Source: Mobula hypostoma (lineage: Eukaryota). From it: a DNA stretch of 64,000 nucleotides. Positions 1 through 12,978 of the stretch are shown piece by piece. Location of the stretch: positions 6,386,001 to 6,450,000 of the forward strand of contig NC_086108.1 of the NCBI RefSeq assembly GCF_963921235.1, written 5' to 3'. Within the stretch, counting starts at the first letter, position 1. Each line of letters opens with the position of its first letter. Below the pieces are notes generated by a model. That model worked only from the letters and a program-made list of their open reading frames with translations, had not been told where the DNA came from and ran no database searches. The position numbers were made by a program, and so were the translations under genes.

Positions 1-24
1 CCCGTCGAGCCTGCTCCACCATTC

Positions 25-558
25 AATAAAATCATGGCTGATCTGGCCATGAACTCACCTCCACCTACCTGCCTTTTCCCCATAACCCTTAATTCCCCTA
101 CTATGCAGAAATCTATCCAACCTTGTCTTAAATATATTTACTGAGGTAGCCTCCACTGCTTCATTGAGCAGAGAATTTCACAGATTCACCACTCTTTGGG
201 AAAAGCAGTTTCTCATCATCCCCGTCCTAAATCTACTCCCCCGAACCTTGAGGCTATGTCCCCTAGTTCTAGTGGAAACAACTTTCCTGCCTCTTCCTTA
301 TCCATCCCTTTCAAAACTTTACATGTTTCTATAAGATCCCCTCTCATTCTTCTGAATTGTACTTTTTGATGTTGTATTTTTCTATGACTCTATTTCTGAC
401 TTCTCATCTTAATTCCCCTTTAAAATACTATAAAAATAAAATCATGGCTGATCTGGCCATGAACTCACCTCCACCTACCTGCCTTTTCCCCATAACCCTT
501 AATTCCCCTACTATGCAGAAATCTATCCAACCTTGTCTTAAATATATTTACTGAGGTA
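25..558 (+). repeat. 124-bp exact direct duplication (25-148 = 435-558)
   Basis: Identical sequence at offset 410. Confidence 0.93.
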
Positions 559-559
559 C

Positions 560-1100
560 CCAACACACATCAAAGTTGCTGGTGAATGCAGCAGGCCAGG
601 CAGCATCAGGTACAGTCCACATGTCGGGCCGAGACCCTTCGTCAGGACGAACTGAAGGAAGAGTTAGTAAGAGATTTGAAAGTGGGAGGGGGAGGGGGAG
701 ATCCAAAATGATAGGAGAAGACAGGAGGGGGAGGGATGGAGCCAAGAGCTGGACAGGTGATTGGCAAAAGGGGATACGAGAGGATCATGGGACAGGAGGT
801 CTAGGGAGAAGGAAAAGGGGGAGGGGGGAAATCCAGAGGATGGACAAGGGGTATAGTCAGAGGGACAAAAAGGAGAGAGAGAAAAAGAATGTGTGTATAT
901 AAATAAATAACAGATGGGGTACGAGGGGGAGGTGGGGCATTAGTGGAAGTTAGAGAAGTCGATGTTCATGCCATCAGGTTGGAGGCTACCCAGACGGAAT
1001 ATAAGGTGTTGTTCCTCCAACCTGAGTGTGGCTTCAATCTTTACAGTAGAGGAGGCCGTGGATAGACATGTCAGAATGGGAATGGATGTGGAATTAAAAT
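560..1100 (-). mobile_element. Penelope-like 3' fragment
   Basis: Reverse-complement similarity to 34080-34500 (LEEQHL..LGSLQPDGMNI region, pyrimidine-rich UTR, hammerhead-like motif). Confidence 0.75.
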
Positions 1101-3027
1101 AACCAATAAAAATAACCAGTAGGTTACATCACAGTCAGTATGGACTGGAAATAACATCTCATCCTCACTGACAATTAACGCCGGCACTTCTCAAGAATGT
1201 TCCTCTCTCAACATTCACTACTGCGTGGTTAGGCACAGTTCAAAAGGTGTCAAAAATTTGCCGATGACACAACAGTTGTCAGCAGGATCTCCGATGGTGA
1301 CGAGGAGGCGTACAGGAGTGAGATAGATCAGCTGGTTGAGTGGTGTTGCCCCAACAGTTTTGTATTCAGCATCAGTAAGATCAAGGAATTGAGTGTAGAC
1401 TTCAGGAAGGGAAGGTTGAGGGAACAAACACCGGTCCTCATTGATGGATCAGCAGTGGAAAGGGTGAGCAGCTTCAAGTTACCGGGCATTAATTTCTCCG
1501 AAGATCTCTCCCAGACCTGGTTTAGAGGTTCCAATGCACAAGATCGCAAGAGGCTGCGAAGTCACAGGCTCAGCCGGTTCCATCTTGGACGCACCATCCC
1601 TCCCACCACCAGCACTACCAAGGACATCTACGAGAGGCAGTGCCTCAAGAAGGCGATATCCACCTCCAAAGATCTTCAACATCCTGGACATGCCCTCTTC
1701 TCATTGCTACCATCGGGGAGGAGGTACAGGGGCCTGAAGGCACACGCTCAACATTTTAGGAACAGTTTCTTCCCCTCTGACATCTGAATGGACATTGAAC
1801 CCATGAACACCACCTCACTATTTCAAGGGTATTGGTGTTTCCATTCCAGGCTGTGATGCAGCCAGCCAATATACTCTTCACCACACATCTATAGAAGCTT
1901 GTCAAAGTTCACGCTGAATCTTCGCAAACTCCTAAAGTTTTTGAAATTACACTTACGTGCTGGGCCGTGGACAGGTCCTCTGAAGTAATGACAATGAGGA
2001 ATGTAAAGTTGCTGACTCTCTCCACCTCTGAATCTCTGATCAGGACTGTCCCATGCACCTCTGGTTTCCTTCTCCTCAGGTCAATAATCAGCTCCTTAGT
2101 CTTGCTGATATTGAGCCACAGGTTGCTATTACGCCACGAACAGGCCATAGCAACAACCTCTTACAAACAGAAGGAAGCCTGCAGGTGCTGGAAATGCAAA
2201 GCAACACACACAAGATGCTGGAGGAACTCAGCAGGTCAGGCAGCATCTATGAAAAAGAGTGAAGCGTCGACATTTCGGGCCGAGATCCTTCTTCAGGACT
2301 GAGAAGGAAGGGGGAAGATGCAGAATTAAAAGGTGGGGGGGGGGGAACGTCTTACGTTTCATCTTTTACAGATTTTGTAAATTGGAATAGATTGTTCTCA
2401 GGGTGCTGGGATCACCAGTTCACGGTCAGTCAGGCCCGGTATAAGTGTCAGTGTTCTGTACCCTTGCCCTGAGTACAGGAGCTTGTAGATCCATACTCCA
2501 CAAACAGACCTGATGGGCTGATTGACACAAGTCTGCTCGTATATCTGATGTTCCAGTCCTAATGAAGCATCTCGGCCCGAAACATCAACTGTTTACTCAT
2601 TTCCTCAAGCCTTCTGAGTTCCTCCAGCATTTTGTGTGTGTGGCTCTGGATTTCCAGCTTCTGCAGACTTTCTCTTGTGTTCTAATATAAGCTGTTTTCC
2701 CTTATCTAGTCAAGTTTATTGACAAGTGCACAAGTACGGTGAGGTACAATGAAATCCCGCGTGTATCAGCTTTACAGACATAGATACAGAAAACACACAA
2801 TATAAATTAAATAGCATAACATAATCATAAAAGAGAGAGAAGATAAAGACTGGAAACACAAAAGCACAGCGTCAAGGCCACTGCAATTCAAGAGGATTGC
2901 TGGGGAAGGGGCAGGTTCATACAGGCCGGCTCTACCCTGGTAGTTACCATTAGAAAATAAGACATAGCAGCAGAATTTGGCCATTCGGCTCATCGGGTCT
3001 GTTCTGTCATTCCATCATGGCTGATTT

Positions 3028-3821
3028 CATAGTCATAGTCATACTTTATTGATCCCGGGGGAAATTGGTTTTCATTACAGTTGCACCATAAATAATTAAA
3101 TAGTAATAAAACCATAAATAATTAAATTGTAATATGTAAATTATGCCAGGAAATAAGTCCAGGACCAGCCTATTGGCTCAGGGTGTCTGACCCTCCAAGG
3201 GAGGAGTTGTAAGGTTTGATGGCCACAGGCAGGAATGACTTCCTATGACGCTCTGTGTTGCATCTCAGTGGAATGAGTCTCCGGCTGAATGTACTCCTGT
3301 GCCCAACCAGTACATTATGTAGTGGATGGGAGACATTGTCCAAGATGGCATGCAACTTGGACAGCATCCTCTTATCAGACACCATCCTCTTATCAGACAC
3401 CACCGTCAGAGAGTCCAGTTCCATCCCCACAACATCACTGGCCTTACGAATGAGTTTGTTGATTCTGTTGGTGTCTGCTACCCTCAGCCTGCTGTTCCAG
3501 CACACAACAGCAAACATGATCGCACTGGCCACCACAGACTCGTAGAACATCCTCAGCATCGTCCGGCAGATGTTAAAGGACCTCAGTCTCCTCAGGAAAT
3601 AGAGACGGCTCTGACCCTTCTTGTAGACAGCCTCAGTGTTCTTAGACCAGTCCAGTTTATTGTCAATTCGTATCCCCAGGTATTTGTAACCCTCCACCAT
3701 GTCCACACTGACCCCCCCTGGATGGAAACAGGGGTCACCGGTACCTTAGCTCTCCTCAGGTCTACCACCAGCTCCTTAGTCTTTTTCACATTAAGCTGCA
3801 GATAATTCTGCTCACACCATG
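3028..3821 (-). mobile_element. Rex1/Babar-like LINE 3' fragment with (TATGAC)n tail, inserted in a CR1 3' end
   Basis: ORF 3170-3706 (YKYLGIRIDNKLDW...LYFLRRLRSF). AATAAA plus TATGAC repeats. TGATTT at both junctions. 18-nt internal tandem duplication near 3365-3400. Confidence 0.85.
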
Positions 3822-3827
3822 TGATTT

Positions 3828-4685
3828 ATTATCCTTCTCAACCCCATTTTCCTGCCTTCTCCCCATAATCTTTGATGCCCTGACTAATCTAGAACCTATC
3901 TACCTCCGCTTTAAATATACTCAATGACTTGGCCTCCACAGCCATCTGTGGTAATGAATTCCACAGTTTCACCACTGTCTGGCTAAAGAAATTCCTGTTC
4001 TAAGGGATAATCTTCTATTCTGAGGCTGTGCCCTCTGATCCTAGGCTCACCCACTATAGGAAACATCCACTCCACATCCACCCTATCTGGGCCTTTCAAT
4101 ATTTGATAGGTTCCAATGAGATCCTCCGCTCATTCTTCTAAGCTCCAGTGAGTACAGGCCCTGAGCCATCAACCACTCCTCATACATTAACCTTTTCATT
4201 CCCAGAATCATTCTTGTGAATCTCCCCTGGACCCTCTCCAACACATCTTTTCTTAGATAATCGGCCCAAAACTGCTCACAATTCATCGAGTGTGGTCTGA
4301 CCAATGCCGTAAAAAGCTCCAGCATTCAATTTTTGCCTTTATATTCTAGTCCTTTTGAAATAAATGCTCACTTTACATTTGCCTTCCTCACTATCAACTC
4401 AAGCTGCAAGTTAACCTTTTGGGAATCCTACATGGGGACTCCCAAGTCCTTTTCCAATTCTAATTTTTGAAGTTATCTGCATTTCGAAATCGTCCATGCC
4501 AGGAGTTCCCAACCTGGTGTCCATGGACCCTTTGCTTAATGGTATTGGTCCATGGCATAAAAAAGTTTGGGAACCCCTGGTCTGTGCCTTTATCATTTCT
4601 ACCACAAAGCATGACCATACACTCCCTGCACTATATTCCATCTGCCATTTCTTTGCCCGTTCTCCCAACCTGTCCAAGTCCTTCT
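3828..4685 (-). mobile_element. Degraded CR1 LINE 3' part (3' tail continues at about 2955-3027)
   Basis: ORF 4083-4325 (ALVRPH..LERVQGRFTRMI) and 4411-4677 (AKKWQMEY). Further CR1 pieces at 1-355, 17240-17645 and 20105-20360. Confidence 0.78.
4500..4579. mobile_element. ~80-bp hAT-type mini-MITE
   Basis: Ends CAGGAGTTCCCAA / TTGGGAACCCCTG; 8-bp flanks GTCCATGC/GTCTGTGC. Other copies at about 7093-7172 and a split copy at 56981-57008 + 57700-57754. Confidence 0.7.
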
Positions 4686-4928
4686 ACTTCACCAATACTA
4701 TCGAAGCAAACCTGGCCACAAAGCCACACATTCCATTACAACAGTCTTGTCAAAACTAGTTTCCCTTTCATTAAGCCACGTTGAGTCTGCCCAATCCTAT
4801 TATCATTTACTTAGTGAAATCATTCAACAAATCTACAAGGAGTGTTATCACAAGAAAGCGGCATCCATCATCAAACACCCCTAAGGCCATGCTCTCTTCT
4901 CACTACAACTTTTGGGCAGGAGGTACAG

Positions 4929-5776
4929 GAGCATTAGATTCCACACCACGAGGTTCAGGAACAGTTATTACCCCACAACCATCAGGCTCCTGGACCAGTG
5001 TGGATAACTTCACTCACCACAATGAGCCTCAGGTCCCACACCACCAGGTTCAGGGACAGTTATTACCCCACAACCATCAGGCTCCTGAACCAGTGTGGAT
5101 AACTTCACTCACCACAATGAGCCTCAGGTCCCACACCACCAGGTTCAGGAACAGTTATTACCCCACAAACATCAGGCTCCTGAACCAGTGTGGATAACTT
5201 CACTCACCACAATGAGCCTCAGGTCCCACACCACCAGGTTCAGGAACAGTTATTACCCCACAACCATCAGGCTCCTGGACCAGTGTGGATAAATTCACTC
5301 ACCACAATGAGCCTCAGGTCCCACACCAGCAGGTTCAGGGACAGTTATTACCCCACAACCATCAGGCTCCTGAACCAGTGTGGATAACTTCACTCACCAC
5401 AATGAGCCTCAGGTCCCACACCAGCAGATTCAGGGACAGTTATTACCCCACAACCATCAGGCTCCTGAACCAGTGTGGATAACTTCACTCACCACAATGA
5501 GCCTCAGGTCCCACACCACCAGGTTCAGGAACAGTTATTACCCCACAACCATCAGGCTCCTGAACCAGTATGGATAACTTCACTCACCACAATGAGCCTC
5601 AGGTCCCACGCCACCAGGTTCAGGAACAGTTATTACCCTACAACCATCAGGCTCCTGAACCAGTGTGGATAACTTCACTCAGCACAATGAGCCTCAGGTC
5701 CCACACCACCAGGTTCAGGAACAGTTATTACCCCACAACCATCAGGCTCCTGGACCAGTGTGGATAACTTCACTCA
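4929..5776 (+). repeat. 95-bp minisatellite, about 9 copies, derived from a Rex-like LINE 3' end
   Basis: GGATAACTTCACTCA (or a 1-nt variant) recurs every 95 bp from 5002 to 5762. The unit resembles single-copy LINE ends at about 28555-28645 and 35550-35625. Confidence 0.95.
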
Positions 5777-8170
5777 TCTCAACACTCTACTGATTCCACA
5801 ACCTACAGACTCACTTTCAAGGACTCTACAACTCGTGTTCTCAGTATTATTTTTTATTTGCACAGTTTCTCTCCTTTTGCACATTGGTTGTTTGTCTGTT
5901 TATATACAGCTTTTTCATAAATTCCACTCTATTTAGACCATAAGATATAGGAGCAGAATCAGGCCATTCGGCCCGTCGAATCTGCTCCTCCATTTCATCA
6001 TGGCTGATCCATTTTCCCTCTCAGCCCCAATCTCCTGCCTTCTCCTCGTATCCTTTCATGCCCTGACTAATCAACCAATATTTCTTTATCTCCCTGTAAA
6101 TGCCTGCAAGACAATGATTCTCAAAGTAGCGTGTGGTAACATAGATGTACTTTGATAATAAATTTACTGTGAACTTTGAACCACTCTTCCTAAAATCTGA
6201 TCATAGTTGTCCATAGTTCAAGTTTAATTGTCATCCAACCACACGTGAATGCAGCCAAATGAAACAGTGTTACTCTGGGGCCAAGGAGCAAAACACAGTA
6301 CCAACAGTCACACACAGCACAAGGCACATGTAGAGCATATAAGATCAGTAAAATACATATCAGTCTCCTCCAATAGGAACACAACCTTGTCATTGTATTT
6401 GGAGCTTTGCATGCATCAGTGACCCGGAGATCTATGTTGGCTGGAGTCAGGGCTTTATGCTTTGGCTCTTGGTAGGGTCACCCATGCCAAACAGGTCAAA
6501 GGGTAGAGGCCAGACTAAGAGTGGTCCACTGGTCCTCTGGTCCTCCAGGTTCGGGGGTTCAGCTCAGGACTAACAACCCTGACTGGTAAAATAAAATTGT
6601 TACGGAAACAGCAATGAAGAATCCTTCTGCATCTGAGTGTGATGGTATTCCTGAGCCTCCACCCGGGAGTTACATGACTGACAGCAGTGAAAACTGAGAG
6701 GAGTCTACTGACATGATGAAGGAAGCCCTGAACACCGCCACAGCTGAAGGACCTTCATTGCTGCCCTAAATGCCAGCGGTGTAACAGGCAGCAAGTAGTA
6801 GTAGTAGTAGTAAACTACAGTCACATCAAACAATGTAGTCCAAGATGCTGAATCTGCAAACCCAATCAAGCCTGTCATCTGCCGAGTGAGCACTGGGGGG
6901 CAGCACTGACTCCAGCCTGGACGCCGTGCCACACTGTCTCCAGTGGAGCACACCAACCACGCCTCTTGTTCATCGAACATAGAGCAGTATCGCACATAAA
7001 CGGACCCTTTTGGCCCACAATGCTGTGCTGAACTTATTAATTAAACACCTATCCAATCACTATAACCTACTCAACGTCCACAGCCCTTTATTCCAGGGGT
7101 TCCCAACCTGGGGTCCACGGACCACTTGGTTAATGGTAGAGAGGTCCATGCGTAAACAAGGCTGGGATCCCGCCGTCTATTCTCTGCACGCTCACGTGCC
7201 CATCTAAAAAATTCTTAAATGCCTCTCTCCTTTCCTTGGTAACAGGTTTCCATATTTTCCCCATTACTGACGGAAATAAAGGACTGATTTAAAAACAATC
7301 GCACCAGCAAAAGCATCAACTCTCCTCTCACCTGCCCTGGTTCCCCCCCCCACTCCACCAGCTGCCTTGCAAGCAATAGCGAAGTCCCCAAAAACACCTC
7401 GTTCTACAGTCCCTCAAAAAAAAACACTGTCCATCCCAACAGATTCTCTCTCTCCACAGTGAGAGTGGAGGCCAACAACTGGCTGTTCCGTGTTGCAGCC
7501 TGCAGCATCACTTACTTTGACAGCAGCGAGCTCTGCCGTCTCGGTGTTCTGATCCCCCGCCAGGCTTCAGTCAGCGACAACCCTGAGGGATCGGTTCGTT
7601 GCTACAGACGGTTGTGGAGGCCAAGTCATTGGACATACTTCGAGTAGGGATTGATTGCTGAGCGAATAAGCATTACAGGGAGAAGGTAGGAGAATGTGTG
7701 CGTGCTACGTTATTACTGGAATGTGTGGCAAAACTTGCAGGCACATCCTTAGGCTGTGTTGGTTGTTATCGCAAATGGCACGTTTCATTGTATGTTTCGA
7801 TGTACATGATAAATAAATGAATTTGAATGTGTTGGAAAAAAATCAGCCATGATGAAATGGCGGAAAAGATCCAATGGGCTGATGGCCCAATTTGGATCCT
7901 ACACCTGTTTTATTTATTTATTGAGATACAGCCGGGAATGGGCTCTTCCAGCCTCACTGCCCAGCAATACCCCGATTAAACCCCAGCCTAATCGCAGGAC
8001 AATTTACAATGACCAATTAACCTTCAATGGATATGTTGTTGGACTGAGGGAGGAAACCGGAGCACCCGGAGGAAACTCACATGGTCACGGGGAGAGCGTA
8101 CAAACTCCTTACAGACAGCGGCGGGAATCAAACCTGGGTCGCCGGTATTGTCCTAGCCACTCATGGCGTT

Positions 8171-9068
8171 TGTCACAGAGAGCCAACCAGTTACCTGGAG
8201 GTTTGTGGTCCTGATCCTAAACCCTCAGTGAGAGGAAACTACTCCATACCTGCTCCGTCAGGCTCTCTAAGAACTTTCTTCTCAAGGCAACCCTCTCACC
8301 GGGGCCTGGGCATCAACTCGGCTGGTTGGCTAACTCTGCCCACAGCCACGTGACACAGCAGTGAGAAGGCTACCTTTCGTAAGCAACACAACTCTAGGGT
8401 CAGTATGATTTGTGGCTCAACCGTACAGGAACATTGGGATGTTCCGATTAAAGAAACCTCGATTTCAACGAATGCTGCCCCTTACAGAATTATCAGTGGC
8501 CCAGAAATAACAAATCGTACACCAGCATAAAATCATAAAAAAAGGATATTTACCAGATTTGCAACTTTATCAAACAGTTAACAGAGAAAGAAAAAGAAAG
8601 GTAAAAGGGCCTGTTACAGTTAAACCAGCCCAAGTGTGCACATAAACATTGGAGCTCGTTTCCATAGTAGCTTTACTCATGCCTCTGAATTCTCATCACT
8701 AACCATAGGTACAGCTTCCCTTCTTGGAATCCTCTGCCTCTCGAAGCACTCCCTGCCAAAGGGTCTCCTCTTCAGATGGGATCCTCCTAGCATCTACCCT
8801 AGTGTTTCTCTCTCCACACCTCCCACCAAAAGACCCCAAACCAGACTGCTGCCCTTCAGAAAACTCTTCCCGCCCAGCTCTCTAGGACCGTCTATCATAT
8901 CCCATAATCCTGACTGGTTGACACAACATTCCAAAGTTGGACAGCATGGCTCCTTAGCTTTAGCTGAAGCCAAAACACTCTTACCAGCAGAAGACACTGC
9001 TTTTACAGAAACTGCTAAAGTAAAATATCTCACAACATAGCAGTAGAAATCTTAACCAGGGAATCACA
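8171..9068 (-). mobile_element. Possible solo LTR
   Basis: TG...CA-bounded non-coding block of about 900 bp between other repeats. No TSD found. Confidence 0.25.
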
Positions 9069-9375
9069 TAAACTTCAGCGGTTCAACCCTTGATCGACTC
9101 TGGGATGATCAAGAATTGAACCAAAATCATTCAATAACTTTAAGGACTGCACAAATTCTCATTTAAAAGGTCAGGATTTGAGAAACCTACAGAACTATGG
9201 GTTGATGCATTGTGAGATGAGCCATTTCATTAATGACCGCACATTCAGGGGGATGGTAAGGTTTATTTAGCACTACTTGGCTCTTCCTTGGTCCATCTCT
9301 CTCTCCTTCCAGATTCCTGATGTATAAGCAGTAGTGGAATCTTGGTCTGCATAAATTGCCTGTCATATTTCCTAC

Positions 9376-9434
9376 CTTGCCTTTGACAGACTCTTCTGTG
9401 GGCCGCCAAGTAGCTTCAGAAATCCTGAAAAAAT
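9376..9434 (-). other. Candidate 59-nt internal exon of the minus-strand gene
   Basis: On the - strand: pyrimidine tract plus ttgcag acceptor and AAG|gtagga donor, inside non-repeat DNA. No protein recognised. Confidence 0.3.
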
Positions 9435-10825
9435 CTGCAAAAGGCGAAAAGAAAGCAAGGCTGAGGAGGGAGATCTGGCAGGGGGAGCTAGTGAGTTGCT
9501 CAGAAGAGAACTAAAAGACAGGTTGGTTGAACAGTCTTCTTCTGCACCATAACCAAACTATGATTCCAAAATATGCATGCAAATCCACCTCTTCAATCTC
9601 TTTGAGCTCATCTGGGGAAAGCATTAATCCTGCACCCCTCCCCCCACTTACTAAACAAAATAATCAATTAAAATATTGATTAGTCAACAGTGATGTAAGG
9701 GAATGGCTTCTGACTGAAGGCAATTCTGACGAATTATTAGCAAAATGTAAAAAGATGATTCAGTGCAGAGGTACCACCAGGAAGCAGCCAGTGACTAGTG
9801 TCTCACCTTACAATTCGTCACCGCTGCCTAAGGTCAGACACTATAGATTGAAATCCTGCAGCTTCAAAGTTCAAAGTATATTTATTACAAAGACTTTGCT
9901 TCCTGAATACTTTTGGGCGTTGGGCATACTTATGGATCTTGGGCAGCTGATCATGAAATTTCCCTATCACACACCATTTTTTTTTTAAATCACCTATATT
10001 TGTTATTTTCAGAGGTTTTTGCGGACCTGGGCTACTTCTTGTAGCTACTTGGGGGTATGGAGAGAAGGCAGGTATAGGGTTCTGAGTTGGATGATCAGCC
10101 ATGATCATACTGAATGGCAGTGCAGGCTCGAAGGGTCGAATGGCCTACTCCTGCACCTATTTTCTATGTTTCTATGTTTCTTTGAGCTCATCTGTGAAAC
10201 AGTGTAAATTTCCATTTTCATGTCCACTTTTTTCCATTTCAAGGTGGCTGAGGTCCTGTCAGAGTCCATGCTCTACAGCTGCACTCAAACTGCAGTTCTT
10301 CATGGCGGTGGGTCCCTGCTGTCGGAACTCACTGGGCAACCTAGCACTTTGATATCTCCAGGAGCGGCTTTGGAAGACGTGCACCCTCGGGGTGCAGCCC
10401 AGTGGACAACGTGATCGCTCACCGGCATCGTCGACTGAACATCGAGACAGCAGTGTATGTTGCAGACTGTAACATTGAAACAGCCAGCTGTCGATCTCCT
10501 CTGTCCTGCAGTGGTAGGAGTGATATCTCTCTCTCCCTCATTAGTGAGAGAGAGAGAGAGCCTGTGGGATGTTGAAGTGTTGGGATGAACAGTGGTTTTT
10601 TTTGATGGACTTTGGGGGCTTTGCTATTGCTTGTATGGCAGGAGCTGGGGAGAGGGTTGATGCTTTTGCTACTGCTTGTGCGTGGGGGGAGGGAGGCTTT
10701 GGGGTTCTAACATTTTTCTGTCATTCATTTTTGGGGTTTTTCTTCTGTTTCGAGGATATCTGTGAAGAGTAAGAATTTCAGGTTGTATACTGTAAACATT
10801 CTCTGATATTAAATGGAACCATTGA

Positions 10826-11483
10826 ATTCAAGTCTGAATAACTGATGCGGAGATTAAGGAAGGTATTTTTGTTGGTTTGCAAATCAAAACAGGTCATCAA
10901 CGACAGGCAATTTGAAGAATTTCTAGAGGGACCAGAGAAAATCACATGGAAGGCATTCAACGATGTTGTTGAAAATTTACTTGGTAATTAACAAAGCACC
11001 AAACTACGTGCAGCTGGTTAACATGCTTCAGGCATACAAAACCATGAAGTGCAACATGTCACTAAAGATTCATTTTCTGCATTCCCATTTAGACTTCTTC
11101 CCAGAAAACCTTAGCGCTGTCAGTGACGAGCGTGGTGAAAGGTTTCACCAGGACATTGTGGTCATGGAGAAACGGTATCAGGGCAACTGGAATCCATCAA
11201 TGCTGGCTGATTATTGTTGGATACTTAAGTGAGAAGCCTCAGACACTGAGTACAAATGAAAATATTCAAAAAAACATTTTTAGCTTAGTTGAAATACTGC
11301 AAAACGTCAGCACTGTTAAGCAATTAAACACATTATATTCAATTAAAGTGAATTTCCTGTTTCTCTGAATTCCTACGCAATACAAGTAGTCTGAAATTAT
11401 ATTTGTGTTTAGCTTCTAATGGCCTGTCATAAGTTAAAAAATTCTGAGGGAGCAACACCTTCAAGAAGATTTGTTGTCCAGTG
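10826..11483 (+). mobile_element. Chapaev3-like (CMC) DNA transposon 3' fragment
   Basis: ORF 10963-11232 (MSLKIHFLHSHLDFF..SDERGERFHQD..LADYCW). Terminus ...ttgttgtccagtg at 11483. Confidence 0.78.
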
Positions 11484-12042
11484 GTGGTGAAGTATGTATA
11501 CTGGATACAACCTTGAGATTTGTCTTCCTGCAGGTAGCCACAGAACAAAGGAACAATATAGAACCTGCTTAAATACATAACTCCACACAAGACAATCAAT
11601 TAAACACACAATGTATGAAAAAAGCACAAATTGCACAAACACAATAAACAATAAACAGGTAACATGAACCAGAATTCCTCGGAAGTGGGTCCACAGACAC
11701 AGAGTCTGTGCATCTTTGCAGACCATTCGGGAGCCTGATGGCTGCAGGCCACAGCCACGAAGCCATTTCAGCGCTGAAGCAAGTGAAGCCGGTCCAGGAG
11801 CCCGATGACTGCAGGCCACAGGCATAGAGACACATCAATGCTGAGGTGAGTGAAGTTGGTCCGTGAGCCCGATGACTGCAGGCCCACACTTTACACTTTG
11901 ACGGAGTAGCTGCAGGGAGAAGAGGAATGTGGCTGCCAAGAACACTCAGAGACTGAACCACTAAAAAAAATCAAACAAATCCAACGATGGTTGACCGCAA
12001 AGTTGGAGTTAAGCCCATCTAGTGAGAGAGGTGAGAGTATCA

Positions 12043-12325
12043 GGGTGGCATGGAAGAGTAGCGGTTAACACATCACTTTACAGCAGCAACGATCACTGAT
12101 CAGGGTTCAATTCCCACCGCTGTCTGTAAGGAGTTTGTACGTTCTCCCTGTGACCACATAGGTTTCTTCCGGGTGCTCCGGTTTCCTCCCACAAACCAAA
12201 GGTGGACAGGTCAGGATGAGAGAGGTGTGGGTATGCCATGTTGGTGCCAGTTATGTGGTGACACCAGCAGGCTGCCCCAGCACAATGCCCACTGATTTGA
12301 TGTATACAAACGATGCATTTCACAC
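12043..12325 (+). mobile_element. tRNA-derived SINE (abundant family)
   Basis: B box GGTTCAATTCC followed by the gtaaggagtttgtacgttctcc core. Similar copies near 36186 and 43968 (+) and 7910-8160, 17890-18140, 27110-27640, 37290-37560 (-). Confidence 0.68.
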
Positions 12326-12391
12326 CCCTTTCCTCCTCAGGGTTTCCCCCTCTCCACACCTGAGATTCACATTTACATGTACATCAAAAGA

Positions 12392-12740
12392 TGGGTGACG
12401 GGGTGGAGATACGTCTCTACCAGAGGAGGTGTAAGGCTCTCCTTCCCTCCACTAGCCTGCAGGTCACCTTCGGGCAAGGTGTAGCACCTGCTTAGCCCCT
12501 CCCGATCAGGGTCATATGAAGCCATGGGAGCAGCCAGTGCAGATCACAAGACCACTGACACCAGGCAGACAATCTCTGAAGAGTATTGATAATGGCTGGG
12601 GTCACCCGTCTTGTAAGGACACTGCCCAGAAGAAGGTAATGGAAACCACTTCTGTAGAAAAAAATTGCCAAGAACAATCATGGTCATGGAGAGACTGTGA
12701 TCAACTACGTGATACGACCCAAGACATAATGATGACGATG
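12392..12740 (+). mobile_element. Interspersed SINE-like repeat
   Basis: Homologous segments at about 43730-43965, 58003-58215, 60605-60730 and, reversed, 16930-17075. Confidence 0.65.
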
Positions 12741-12745
12741 AGATA

Positions 12746-12978
12746 TAGTCATAGTCATACTTTATTGATCCCGGGGGAAATTGGTTTTCGTTACAGTTGC
12801 ACCATAAATAATAAATAGTAATAAAACCATAAATAATTAAATAGTATTATGTAAATTATGCCAGGAAATAAGTCCAGGACCAGCCTACTGGCTCAGGGTG
12901 TCTGACCCTCCAAGGGAGGAGTTGTAAAGTTTGATGGCCACAGGCAGGAATGACTTCCGATGACGCTCTGTGTTGCAC
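12746..12978 (-). mobile_element. Short 3' fragment of the same Rex1/Babar-like family
   Basis: Near-identical to about 3030-3260. Confidence 0.8.

Noticed and set aside
4929..5776. CRISPR-like or repeated small-peptide array
   Set aside because: No unique spacers, eukaryotic context, and the unit matches a LINE 3' end.
7215..7600. Possible minus-strand exon or ORF
   Set aside because: It matches an interspersed repeat also seen at about 10400-10820, 13060-13440 and 57010-57430.
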